From positions 124,001 to 188,000 of the forward strand of contig JALMLS010000204.1 in assembly GCA_038496445.1 (NCBI GenBank): a stretch of DNA of 64,000 bases. The letters run 5' to 3'. The DNA comes from Trichosphaerium sp. ATCC 40318. Its lineage: Eukaryota; Protista; Tubulinea. Shown here in pieces: positions 1-11,904 of the stretch (within the stretch, counting starts at the first letter, position 1; every line of letters starts with the position of its first letter). The notes beneath the pieces were generated by a model, which was given only the letters and a program-made list of their open reading frames with translations, had not been told where the DNA came from and did not search any database. Made by a program: the position numbers and the translations under genes.

Positions 1-122
1 TCAATAAATTGTTGACTTGTACAATTTTTAATGTTTTTTTTTTTATTTACTAATACAAACACACTACTTTTAAACTCAGGGTTACCGCAGTATAAACAAA
101 AACGCTTTACAAGCGTAATTAA

Positions 123-1952
123 TTATACGTCATCAGTCAAGTCAGCTAGACCGAGATAAGCCATACGCTTGGCAAATATACGCCTGAATACAGTCTCTGT
201 GATGACTCTGATATTCTCAGAGTTTACAGCAATAGTTGGGTGAGTTACCACCTTGTTTCTCAATTCCTCATTCTCTATCTTCATTAAGAACTTTGTTGCG
301 AGGAACTCTATAGCTTCAGCAGGATCACTGAGTTTTCCTTTAAAGTCAGGGTAACGCTAATAAAAAATAAGAAGATATTCACAGATGAAACAAGAACAAA
401 AATGGGTGAAAAAGAGGAAAAAGATGCTTTGGTGTTTGTGTTTGTTAGTGCGTTGACGTTACCTCTTTGAATATCTTTACATTCTCCTCATCTTCAAGCT
501 TGTTACAAAATATGTCTGTTTTGTTCAAAAACAAAATCCAGTTACTACATACAGTAAGAATAATACGAACGGAGAAATTATAAAATAAAGATAAAATTAA
601 TAAACTGATTTTAATATTCAGCGATACTCCAAAAATATTTTTTCTGCTACTAAACGTACCCCATATCTTCGCCGTATGTATTGACGAGCCCAGCCCAGGT
701 ATCCAAAGAAGTTTCCAATCTAGTTTGCTTCTTACTACTCTCAACGTACCTGTCAATAGTATTGAACTCATTTATGGCGGCTACGAAGATGACAGCGCTT
801 ATATTTTCTGTCAAGATACGTTCCCTGTTTGAAGAAAAATCAACAAAAACCGTTAATATCTCACTTTACTTACCACTTGCGACGTTCAACAGGTTGACCA
901 CCAGCGTCAATAACCTCCCAGAAGAGTTTTTTACGCTTAAAGCGAGCCCTAATACATGTCAGACGCCAAAACAACGCTTTGAACAAAAAAAAAAGTAAAA
1001 AGAATAAAAAAAGCCGTAATTACCTTGTAATACCAAGAGTACGTTGTTTGCAGTTTAGGATATCTTCATCTGATGGCTGGTAATCCATAGAGAGTACTTC
1101 ATCACCTTTTTCAACAAACTTATGAAGAGTTGGTATTTCCTCGTGTGCGCCTGGTTGCATGCAAATCTGTTTAAATTGTTTGTCTTGTAGTAACTCAATC
1201 GCAGCTGTCAATAACTCTTGCTTCTCATCAACACCCTCTGAATCTGGTGTATCACGAACTCTAAAAAAGAGGTTTAGCTGATTGGACTGGTTTTGGTTTT
1301 TTTTTTGTTGGTTCGGAATAAAAATCGTAATAACAAGAGCGTAAAGGTAGTGATAACGTGTTGGGCAGTTTGTTGGGCAAAAGGACCAGAAAGATGCTTT
1401 GGCAAAATAGGAGTTCTTTCTATCGAATTTGCCAGTACAGAAAATGGAATATCGATGTATGCGGAAGTGTTGGAGCTTCTTGCCCGGAAGTGGTACATAA
1501 CGCCCAAAAATGGAGGTACACATAGGAGTAGTCAAATTATTGTACCTGAAGCCGCGAAACAACTTGTGGGCGTCGGTTTCCTTTTTACTTTCATAATTTT
1601 GCAGTAAATCGTCAAAGGCTATAGCATGAAAGGTTAATGGGTTATAAAAGTACTTAAAACTCGAAGTGATTGAGCCGAAAAGCAAAAAAAAGTTTGTAGC
1701 GCAATTGCTTGCCTGTGTACATATTCCGCCATATGATCTCCCTGAAATTAAGTATCTCGTCTTGCGAAAAAGCTCGTTGACCACTCTTTGGGTTATGCAA
1801 AAGACGCAATTGTTGGGTTACTGTTGATTTACCACTTCCACCAATACCTATCGTTTTATTAAAAGGATAAATTAGATGTGGATTAGTTTACCGAGCATAA
1901 CAATACGCATTGTCTTGTCCTCAACATTAGGTGAAGAAAAGCAAATGCCCAT
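123..1952 (-). CDS. Heterotrimeric G protein alpha subunit (multi-exon)
   Basis: Spliced translation MGICFSSPNVEDKTMRIVMLG|IGGSGKST (P-loop), LNCKQRTLGIT (switch I Arg/Thr), IDAGGQPVERRKW (G3), LFLNKTD (G4), and C-terminal ...AYLGLADLTDDV*. MG-x-C start fits myristoylation/palmitoylation. Confidence 0.95.
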
Positions 1953-2124
1953 GATGATGTGCTATTGGTTCTTTCTGACGCTAGTTTTTTTTTGTCCAGA
2001 CTTAAAACGTAGTCCTTAGCATTTCGTATTTAAAAAAGCCGCGGTTAAACCAACAGTTTAAAGGTATTGTACTACATTGATTGTAGCAATTGGGAAGCAG
2101 TTTACACTAACTTTTAACCGTTAG

Positions 2125-2821
2125 ATGGCAGACGAGGATATACGATCAATGGAGCTTACTCAAGCGGATATGGACGAATGTACAGGCGATTTGGCTCAAG
2201 TGTTCGCAATGTACAGACCAAGAAGCGCTGCCGACGACGGTAGTCGCAAAAAAACGCGTGGTAGAAAGTCTAGAAACGCGCCAACGATCGTACAAGGAAC
2301 TTCACGAAGGAAGAGAGTAAAACTCAGCACCGAGGATTTAACGGGAGACAAAGGCCTCATCGCGCTCGTAGCCAACTTCAAAGCGTTCAACACATTTACA
2401 AACAAGCCTGGTATGGAGGGCACAAATCTAAATAACGTTCTCCAACGCTTCAAAGCTTGGACAGAGCAGGTACGCACTTACTATTTGACTCTCTGAAAGA
2501 GTAGTACATGGCTTGGCGCTAACACGATTGCAGTGCTGCCCTGGTCTCTCATTGGCTGATTTTTTGGCTCAAAATGCTAAACTTGGTGCGTTTTTTGCAA
2601 GTGTCAACTTTACAGTGACAAGTCTTTTGCTCTTGTTGTTGCGAAACTCATGGCAATAAATAGGTAATTCTGAAGGCGTTAGACAGGTGTCGGCGAGCCT
2701 TTTTAATGAGCCTGAAGGTCCAAGTATTGTGAACGTCCTAGATGGCTCTGACGTGCCTGTAGTGGAAGCTGAAATTATGCCTCCACCAGAAGTTACTGTT
2801 CCAATGGTTACGGCTTCTTAA
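2125..2821 (+). CDS. Replication fork protection protein, Swi3/Csm3/TIPIN family
   Basis: RRKRVKLSTEDLTGDKGLIAL...GMEGTNLNNVLQRFKAWTEQ|CCPGLSLADFLAQNAKLG follows the Swi3 domain pattern. There are two short introns. Confidence 0.75.
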
Positions 2822-3271
2822 CAAACCAAGAAAACCAAAAAAAACTTGGATTGTAACTTGTTATGTACATAAAAATTTTTTAGTCTCTGTACATAGAATC
2901 AACGCTTTTTACTCCTACCCACGCAGAGTTAATTATACGATATCGTATTATACTGTCTCACAAAGCCAAAAATCAATAGAAATTTGCTATAAAACTCCGC
3001 AGGATAAAAATGATGCAATACATAACCTAACAGGTATTGTACTACTCGTTTGAAGCTGTATTTGTTCAGTTTCTCTTTTTTACAAAACCCTTTTATCGTG
3101 TACTGTAACGTAGTTTTAGGTTAAATGATAGTGCAAAGCATGTAGTAAGCGTGTAACCCCTTCCAAAAAAGTACGTGCGCATTTGGTTGTTCGGCGTGTA
3201 TTCGGCTAAGCTGTATTTTTGTTCAAAATCGCTGAATTTTATATTTGTAACCCACAAAAGGGACAGCTCAC

Positions 3272-6043
3272 ATGCTGAAGGGGTGGAGAAAGAAGAGGCG
3301 AAATAGGACCAATACGACTATCGAAGAGCCTATTACAGAAGAAATAAGCAGTTCGAGCTCAAGCGTATTGTCGTCGCCTTCCCCACGAAGTAGGACTGCT
3401 AGCAAGCCACGAAAGAGTCGCAAGGGAAGCAAAAGCCCAGGCCACAAAACACGCAAATCAAAAGGAACTAAAAACGCAAAATCTAAGCTAAGGAGTCCAA
3501 AAAAGCGCTCAAAACAGGCTGACGTTATTCCCGAGGTACATTTTGCTGATTTACAACTGTTACAGAAAATACCACGCATTCAAGCTTTAAAGTGGCTCAT
3601 ATTATACAACTACTATTTTGTAATTTGTTTTGGTATTTCACCCTGTAAAAAGTTTCATTTTTGATCAATAATTTTTTTTACCCCTATTGCGTATGGTTAA
3701 TAGTCTATTACCCACCGTCTTATTGTAAAATTAACTGTTACCCCAAGGCAATAATTGTAGAACCAGAACAAGAGAACGAAACTGACAACGCAGCAAGCCA
3801 TGAGTCCGGCGTACGTCCGATATGTCAAACGTCAAGCGAGCTTAAACGTCATGTAGGTTCAGGATAATAACGACAACCACGCGCCACCAGTGCAGCCCGT
3901 TGAGGAGGTCGTAGAAGAAGAGGATGAACCTTCATTATCTTCTGATTGGGAGCGCGAATATCAGGAAGACGAAGACGAGTACTCTTCGCAAATGGAAGGG
4001 GTAAACGCACAAACTTTTGTTTTTTTGTGCTTTTTGAAAAGAATTAACCACAAAAATTTTTTCGTTATTAACGCAATCGTCCAGGAGGACTCTGACAGCG
4101 ATATTGATGATGACTTCTGTGGCGCGTACGATTTTACAAATTCTCAAGTAGACGACCTTGGAGAAGAGTTTACCTCATTGTCTCCGGAGGATATAGTAGC
4201 AGCACATGATAAACAGATTACGGTACGTGAGGTTTATTTGAAAAACAGCAATAAAAATTAAAACCATTTGGAGCAAATCTACAATTTTTTTTTCAATTAT
4301 TGTAGAACGAAAGTACACTAATTTGTCCTTTATTTTGATGACTTTCGCAAAACGCGAAAATAATTCTAAGTGTTTATTAGGAAGTTGCCGAACTACTTGC
4401 TATTCCAGAAGCTACCGCAGGAGCCATGTTGAGATATTACAGATGGAAACAAGAATCTTTACTTCGAGCGTACTTTGCAAATCCTAGTAGTGTATTAAAT
4501 GAGTCTGGTTGTGTTACTGTAAGCTCTAAAAAGAAAGTAACCGATGGGTACGCTTTTTTTTATTTTTTTCGATTACCTTTGCACAAAACTCCGCTGACGC
4601 GACATTTAGATCTAGTGTGTCCACAAAGCGAATAGACAAAAAAGGACCTTGCTTAATTTGTGGAGACGAAAAATTAGCTAATGAGTGCACTGCTCTTCGT
4701 TGTAAGCATAGATTTTGTAATAGCTGTTGGAGTCAGTATCTCGAAATGAAGATCGGCGAAAAACAGCAGGTAAGCAAGACAGTAACACAAAAAAAACATT
4801 CTGTTTTGATCCAAGTCGTTTTTTATTCCCCTTTCTTATGGTTTTATTTAGGCTTGTAAACTTTGCTGCCCTGCAGCAGGATGTAATTTATTTGTTGGAG
4901 AAAGACTTGTAAAGAGATTAGTATCTAAAGCTAGTTTTGCTAAATACAAGAGGTTCGTAGTTTCTTCTTGTTTTTTTTTCATTTTTTTTTTTCAGTAGAC
5001 TTGGATTTTCTTTGTTCCTTATGTTCTTGTTAGGTTTATTACACAATCTTTTGTTGAAGAAAATACGTATGTATCTTGGTGTCCTAGAGCCGGGTGTACT
5101 CGCGCTATATCAGCGGATGCTGTTGAAGGAAGTATAGTCAAGTGTGATTGCGGTTTTCGGTTTTGTTTTACGTGCCATAACGAAGCTCATCTTCCAGCGA
5201 CGTGTTATATGGTCCGTGATTGGAATAATAAATGTATAGATGACTCTGAAACAGTACGTTGAACGAAGGACAAAAAACCTTTACTCGTTAAAAACTTTCA
5301 CCTAACAAGTTTTTGTAGATTCACTGGATAGGCGCAAATACGAAAGACTGTCCAAAGTGTAGAATTGCTGTTGAGAAAAACGGCGGTTGGTACGTTTGCG
5401 ATCAGATTTTTCTGATTTTCATCAAGTTCTCCTTATTGTATCTCATAATCGATTTAGTAATCATATGACATGTCGCCAGTGTGGGTATGAATGGTGTTGG
5501 TTATGTAATAGACCATGGAAAGGACATAACGACTATTATACATGTAATCGTTTTGAAAAAGCACAAAAAAAATTGGATAAAAAAAAGAAAAAAGGCAAAA
5601 AACACAAGATTCAAAAAGAAGAAGAGGACCGAGAAGCACAAAAGGAGCAACTCAGTCGATATTTACATTACTACGAGCGTTTCTTGAGTCACGATCATGC
5701 TGCTAAAAACGAGAAAACGATCAGAGAGGCAGCTCAGAAGAAAATGCTTGCATTGACTGAAGAACACTCGACGTTGGCTGAAGTCCAATTTATTGAACGG
5801 GGGACAGAACGTCTTTTAGAATGCCACAACGTTCTTAAGTGGTCATACGCTTATGGCTATTATTTAACCGAGGAAGGGCCTAAGACGTTATTTGAATTTT
5901 TACAAGAAGAGCTTGAAAATACAACACAGAAGTTAGATGATATTTTGGAAAACCCAGGTGTCATGCATCGTGTTGATGCTGTTAACCTTACAAAGTTGGC
6001 TGAAACGCGTAAAAACAACTTGATGAATATAGGAAAACAATGA
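3272..6043 (+). CDS. Ariadne-family RBR E3 ubiquitin ligase
   Basis: Acidic N-region, RING1 (CLIC...[10 protein letters not shown]), IBR (WCPRAGC...[21 protein letters not shown]), RING2 (TKDCPKC...EKNGGC|[16 protein letters not shown]) and an Ariadne domain ([32 protein letters not shown]). Confidence 0.95.
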
Positions 6044-6377
6044 GAAGGTTTCCTCGACTCATACAAAAGATTTGGGGGCTTCTGTTGAAGAATGAAAGAA
6101 AAGAAAAAAACAAAAAACAACCAAAAAAACAAAAAAGTTTCTTTAGAACCTAATGATTTTTTTTTTTGGGTTCTCACTGTACACTAAATTAAAACACTTT
6201 ACTCCACCTAATATTTCGTGTATGTTGTTAATATATTTGAACATCGAAATTTGATTTATATACCACTGTTGCTTATGTACGAGGTGAAAGATGTAAGTCA
6301 AAATATTTCTCGAAAAGTTTTTTTTATTCTTTTGACGTAGTGTACATAATTGGTGTTATTTATAATTTTTTGAGTTC

Positions 6378-7498
6378 CTAGCATTGACTCCAGTCTACAG
6401 TAGGCTCATCTAGTGCAATATCAGCACCATCGGTAAGTGCCTCATGCTTAAAATGGATATCAGGAACTGAAGTGTTGCTCAAATCCAGGTTCTTTGTTTT
6501 CTTCTCGTTTGGTAGAATATTTGCAAAAGAAAGCTGTAAATCATCTGCAACCCTGACTACGACTCTCTCACTGTAAAAAAATTAATAAAGATTCAAAATA
6601 CCAAAAGAAAATGATTGATCGACAACAAGAAGAAGAATCTTCAGAGATTGATTTTAAAAAAAAACGCAAAAAATCTTTACGTACTCTTCGTATTTTTGAC
6701 TTTCGCTGATTGATTCTACAAGACTTGATATCTGTTTTTGTCTTTCTGGGTGTTCTTCTTTGTTTGGTGGTGATGTGTTTTCTTTCATAAGCAGTGAAAG
6801 ATAAGAAGCGTTCATTTTCAGTAAAGCCTTGAATTTCTCTGCAATAGAATCGTCTAGAGTTCCTTGATACCTTTGTAGCTTCAATATTATGAATGCGCAA
6901 ACTTGTCGAAGCTGGTTTATGTCGCGTCGTTGTAAAACGAGCTGTTTGCTTGTATCATCGCTGTTTTTCGCGTTTTCAATCGCTTTTGCGACTGCTGTAT
7001 TGATTTCAAGTGTCAGGTCCTTGATGGCTTTGTTAATATCCGCTTCTCGCTTTCCTGCGTGATTGATGCCGTTGGCTGCGTTTTTAGGTTTTGCCTGTTT
7101 AAACTCGTGTTTTAGTTTTTTGAGTTCTGTAGACATGCTGATGAGGTTATATACGCCTAAACCTGCCAAAGTAGCCGTAATAACGTAGACCCATATTTGA
7201 AACAACGCAGTAAATGTAGCTGTTTTTACAATAAACCGTTGTTGTGTTATAGACGTCCAATCTGTTATCTAGATCAATATTAGGGCGTTTTCAGACAACA
7301 AAAACGTTTGTGATTGAGTACAAAATTCAGATTGATTAAACAATCTCTCTTAGGGTTCTAATGCGCAAGGGGAGGGTATAAACGTACGTTTGATGTAAAA
7401 ATAAGATTGACATAAACTGCGTAAGCAGATGCAAGCGCAATATATGTTAATGCGACTATTGATAGGATGTATATTGAGAAAGAGGTACGTGTTGCCAT
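6378..7498 (-). CDS. Hypothetical membrane protein with two hydrophobic segments and a helical/coiled-coil C-terminus
   Basis: Three exons join in frame: MATRTSFSIYILSIVALTYIALASAYAVYVNLIF..., ORF 6654-7205, and a last exon ending ...EPTVDWSQC*. No family recognised. Confidence 0.55.
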
Positions 7499-7666
7499 CT
7501 TGATTGCCAGATAAGTTATTTGATTGTATTTGTGTTTATCAACTTTATCAAAAACGGCCGATTAAGCTAACATTTTGCTCTTTTGACTGATATTTTATAT
7601 CAATCAAACGATTTATTGTGAAGTTGTAGTAATATAATTCTATTTGGTGTTGTAGTCCATATTTTC

Positions 7667-8123
7667 ATGGTACACTTAAGAAATGAGACAGTCAGATTGT
7701 ACGATTTACCTCATAACTTTATTACGTAATTGCGCTCAGCGGTATTCTATTTGATGATGTGAGTACTTTTTCTTTTAACCTACATGTAGCTCATTTCTCT
7801 TCTAAGGTATTAGATCTTTTATCCGTAAAGAGAGAAGTGAGAGGAAATTACCAAGTTGCACCAGCTGGCTTCTTTATCATTTTCTGCAGTATAGTAATAT
7901 CGGTAAGACATCTAGAGATCATGTAAAAGATAATAACTATTGGTTTTAGGTTGCTATTGCTTTAGCCTATAAAAAAAAGACTGTTTCTTCATCTTCTGAC
8001 AATGACAGCACAAGTGATAATAACAGTGGTTTAAGTGAAAATACACCGCTGTTAGTTACTAGTCAACCAACAGTTGTAAGAAAGACAAACGCTGACGATC
8101 AACTTGAGCAAGGAAGGAATTAA
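7667..8123 (+). CDS. Small single-pass membrane protein, 5' end unresolved
   Basis: The last two exons splice in frame: ...APAGFFIIFCSIVIS|VAIALAYKKK...SENTPLL...QGRN*. ENTPLL resembles an acidic dileucine sorting motif. No clean in-frame start was found. Confidence 0.35.
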
Positions 8124-8313
8124 AGATTCTGAGCTCTGAAATGTACAGAAAAAAAAAAGGAATAAACACTTTCCTGTGAGCAAACTTATTCGCCATTTTC
8201 ATGTTTACTTAGTTACATTGACACATATTTTAACTACAAAGTGTATTGACTCGATTGTGTGAGGTTCAAGAAAAAAACGTAAACTCAAAATCTGTTTTCT
8301 TGAAATATTCTCA

Positions 8314-10163
8314 TTAGACTTTGTCAAAGAATATAGCCCGTAGTTGACCATCAGCAGTCCATAATTTTTCGACTCCTTCTTCTTTATCGTTTTTGAAATG
8401 ACAATGAAGACCTAGTTGGCCATTTTCATGCCACTCTTTGCATTCACCTTCTTTTTTGTCATCTTTGAAATAGAGTTGCACTTTTAATTGACCGCTTTCA
8501 TACCACTCTTTGTATTCACCTTCACGTTTGTCATCTTTGCAATGGTATTCAAATTGTAATTGACCACTTTCATACCACTCTTTGACTTCACCTTGTTTTG
8601 TGCCAGCAATGAAAGAGCACGTGTAAGATAATTTACCATTTTCATTCCACTGTTTGTGTTTACCTTCACTTTTGTCTTCTTTGAAGTATCCATGTCCACT
8701 TAATTGACCATTTTCATGCCACTCTTTGCCCTCACCTTCTTTTTTATCATCTTTGAAATAGCATTGCTGACTTAGGTTACCATTTTTATGCCACTTTTTA
8801 TATTCACCTTCTTTCTTACCACCTTTGTAACAGCATTGTATATAAGGCTGTCCATTCTCATACCACTCCATGCTTTCACCTTCTTTCATGTCATTTTTGA
8901 AATGACATTGTACACTCATCTGCCCGTTTTCATGCCAATTTTTTGCTTCACCCTCCAACTTGTCGTTTTTGTAACACAAAAGGGATGACATATATCCGTT
9001 CTCATACCACTCTTTGCGTAAACCATTTTGTTTACAATTGGCATAGGTTGTTTGGATGTTTAATTGTCCGTTTTCATGCCACATTGTAAGGTCACCTTCG
9101 TTTTTACCATCCTTGTAGAATCCTGTTACCCTTAATTGACCGCTTTTATACCATTCTGTTGATTCGCCATCTTTCTTTCCATCTTTGAAGTGACATTGTA
9201 TACACAATTGACTGTTCTCATAGTATTCTTTCCCTTCTCCTTCAAACTTATCATTCTTAAAGTTAATGTCCCGCTTTAGTTTTCCATTTGCATGCCATGT
9301 TTTGGCTCTTCCTTCTCTATTGCCTCTATTGCAATAGAATAGTTCCTTTAATTGACCAGTTTCATACCACTCTTTATGTTCACCTTCACGTTTACCATCT
9401 TTGTGATAGAACAGTTCCTTTAATTGACCGCTTTTATACCACTCTTTGGCTTGTCCGTCTTTCTTGCCTTCTTTAAAATACCATTGTACATCTATGTTAC
9501 CGTTGTCGTGCCACTGTCTATATTCACCTTCTTTCTTGCCATCTTTAACATAGCACTGAAACTTTTTAACTCCATTTTCATAATACTGTGTGCATTCACC
9601 CACTACCTCACCGTTCTTATAATAGCAATGAGAAGTCAAAATGCCGTTTTTATTCCATTGCTTGTGCTCTCCTTCTGCTTTCCCTTCTTTAACATTAAAT
9701 ATGCTGGAGAGAGTACCATTTTCATAAAACTCTTCTACTAGTCCTTTCTTTTTTCCGTTTTTGTAACTACGCCGGAAGACCTTATTGCTGTTTTTATAGT
9801 ACTCCTTCGTTTTAAAAAACTGTTAGAAAATCACGTGATAAAAACTAAAATGAATAAAGGTTCTTTAAACGTTCAATAGTGCCGCCGTACTTGTACAAAA
9901 TTATCTTGAGGCTCAGTGGAGTAGAATCTCAAAGGAGAGTAACAAATCATCTCACGTGAGTTATGAACATAGCTGCGATGTGATGGGCAATAGAATGGCG
10001 ATACATTATAATCTCTTTGCGTAGTTCTAAATCGTGGTAGTTCCACTAAACCCTTTCGATATCTATTGCACGTGGTTCTAGGCCGTGAGGCTACAATAAA
10101 TGAGCCTAAACGTGGTTATTTGTTACAATATTACTGAGGTCATTGTTACATACGCTGTAGCAT
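8314..10163 (-). CDS. MORN-variant (MORN_2/YwqK-like) repeat protein with putative mitochondrial presequence
   Basis: About 20 tandem 24-aa repeats (EGEYKEWYESGQL...YFKDDKK). Upstream exons (10163-10154 and 10105-9891) splice in frame to give MLQRSFIVASRPRTTCNRYRKG...SPLRFYSTE. Confidence 0.85.
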
Positions 10164-10614
10164 TGTAGTATCCGAAAATTGATTAACTATGTTAGTAAAC
10201 CCGGTGAGTTTAGTAAACTACTTGACTCAAAGAGACTGTAGTTGCTTGTTAGTCAACAAAAGCAGTAGGAGTGGGAAGCATACAAACCTTCCATAAACTC
10301 AATAGTGGACAACGAGGGTCTGAGTAATCTGTTCAACTCTACTGGACAACACAGCCAGCTGGCCATGACCTTTCAATGCACATGTTGTAATCGAATGAAC
10401 CCTGGTTGCTTTAAGAATAAAATACTAGACTATTCTTTTTGTAAAAGTACTTTTAATCATGTCACAGCGGTCTTGTGTCACACAAAATATTTAGAATAAA
10501 TCCCTCATGCTCAGTATGAATCATTGTCGAGTGTAGATCTTGACAATTAGACTGTATCTAGTGTTAGTAAGCCAATAGAAGCATCGACCAAAGCTTAACA
10601 TAAAATCTATACAA

Positions 10615-10960
10615 CTAGAATTTGCGACAAGTAAATCTAATTCCCAATGACTTAGCAGCCTCTTCTGTAATCCTTCTACAACCCCACATCAATTGATTCT
10701 GTACTTCTTTGTATTGTATTTTTTGCACGTACGAAATTATTTTCTTACTTATGGCACTGGCTCCCATTGAGTAGCTATTATTAATGGGTTTATCTATTGG
10801 CTTCAAAACTAGGTAGGTGCATCTTTAAATTACAAAGCTACCAGGTTGTGTAATCGGTTTATAGCCTACGATTTGCTCGGTTGATGTACGGCGTGTGTTA
10901 TCAAATCTTAATCTCTGTAAGAAAGCTACAAAAGAAGGTATTACAGCTCTGTGTTCATAA
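10615..10960. pseudogene. Degenerate LRR fragments on both strands
   Basis: Minus-strand LMWGCRRITEEAAKSLG* and plus-strand LNLCKKATKEGITALCS* resemble the repeats of the F-box/LRR gene at 15190-16146. There is no continuous ORF. Confidence 0.35.
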
Positions 10961-11904
10961 CATTTGGGCTTTGGTGTTAATGCAACTGTAACTATAAAGG
11001 GCAAGGGTACAATCAACATTCTCCAACACACACTAATAAATATCCTGTCTAAATATTGTCATGTTAATGTTAGAGTATCAACTGGTTATAGACATTTGTG
11101 TAGCAATATGTTTATGGATAATAACTGTCTAAAACACTGTATCCCTCAAAATAAGGAATGTACTTTGAGTTATTGTTGGTGGGAATGGGGTAAGCATCAC
11201 TGTGTTGAAAAACTTACAGTGTAAGGTTGATAAAAGATTAGAAATGACTAACATGTGTTTTCTAGCAACCCGTGTCAATAATGTGGAACATGATGTAGTT
11301 GTTAAAAAAGTGCAATTGGAAAATTGTTATTTTCCGAGTGGAATGTTACAATTTCTATTTACGTACTTTCGCGGTTAGCAACCCGATTCCTGGCAACGCA
11401 GTAACGTCACTGTGACTTATATATCGCACAGCCATCTGACCACCCGGCAGAGTGTGGACTACCCAGCCTGCATCGGTAGAAAGCTGCGTTGAATTAATAT
11501 TGACTTTTCTCCTAAATTTGACAAAAAAAACTCTACTTTCTACCGTTGTAACGGCTTTCGAAAAATATGTGGACGCAACGACAACCAAATGATAACTTTC
11601 CAGGTGAACAAATAATGACGTTAAACGTTTTTTTAACCGCAAGTCAGCTGAAATGGATAGAAACACTCTACCTAACTTGTGGTTGAAGGTACAAACTTGA
11701 TTATGACACTTTGCGCGTACATTTAACGATAAAACTAAACTAAACTGCTTTATCTAACTTACCAGTCATTGATTACGCTCTAGAACCAACGTACAGATCG
11801 TGTTCCACTATCAGTTCAAGGTACATCACGTCAATTATCAGAAAACGCAATCATAACGAGTTATAACAGTATGTAACAAAAGCTTTAACGCATTAACAGC
11901 GGAA

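Noticed and set aside
8314-9800. 72-nt periodic repeats as a CRISPR array or satellite
   Set aside because: They are degenerate in-frame 24-aa MORN-variant coding repeats.
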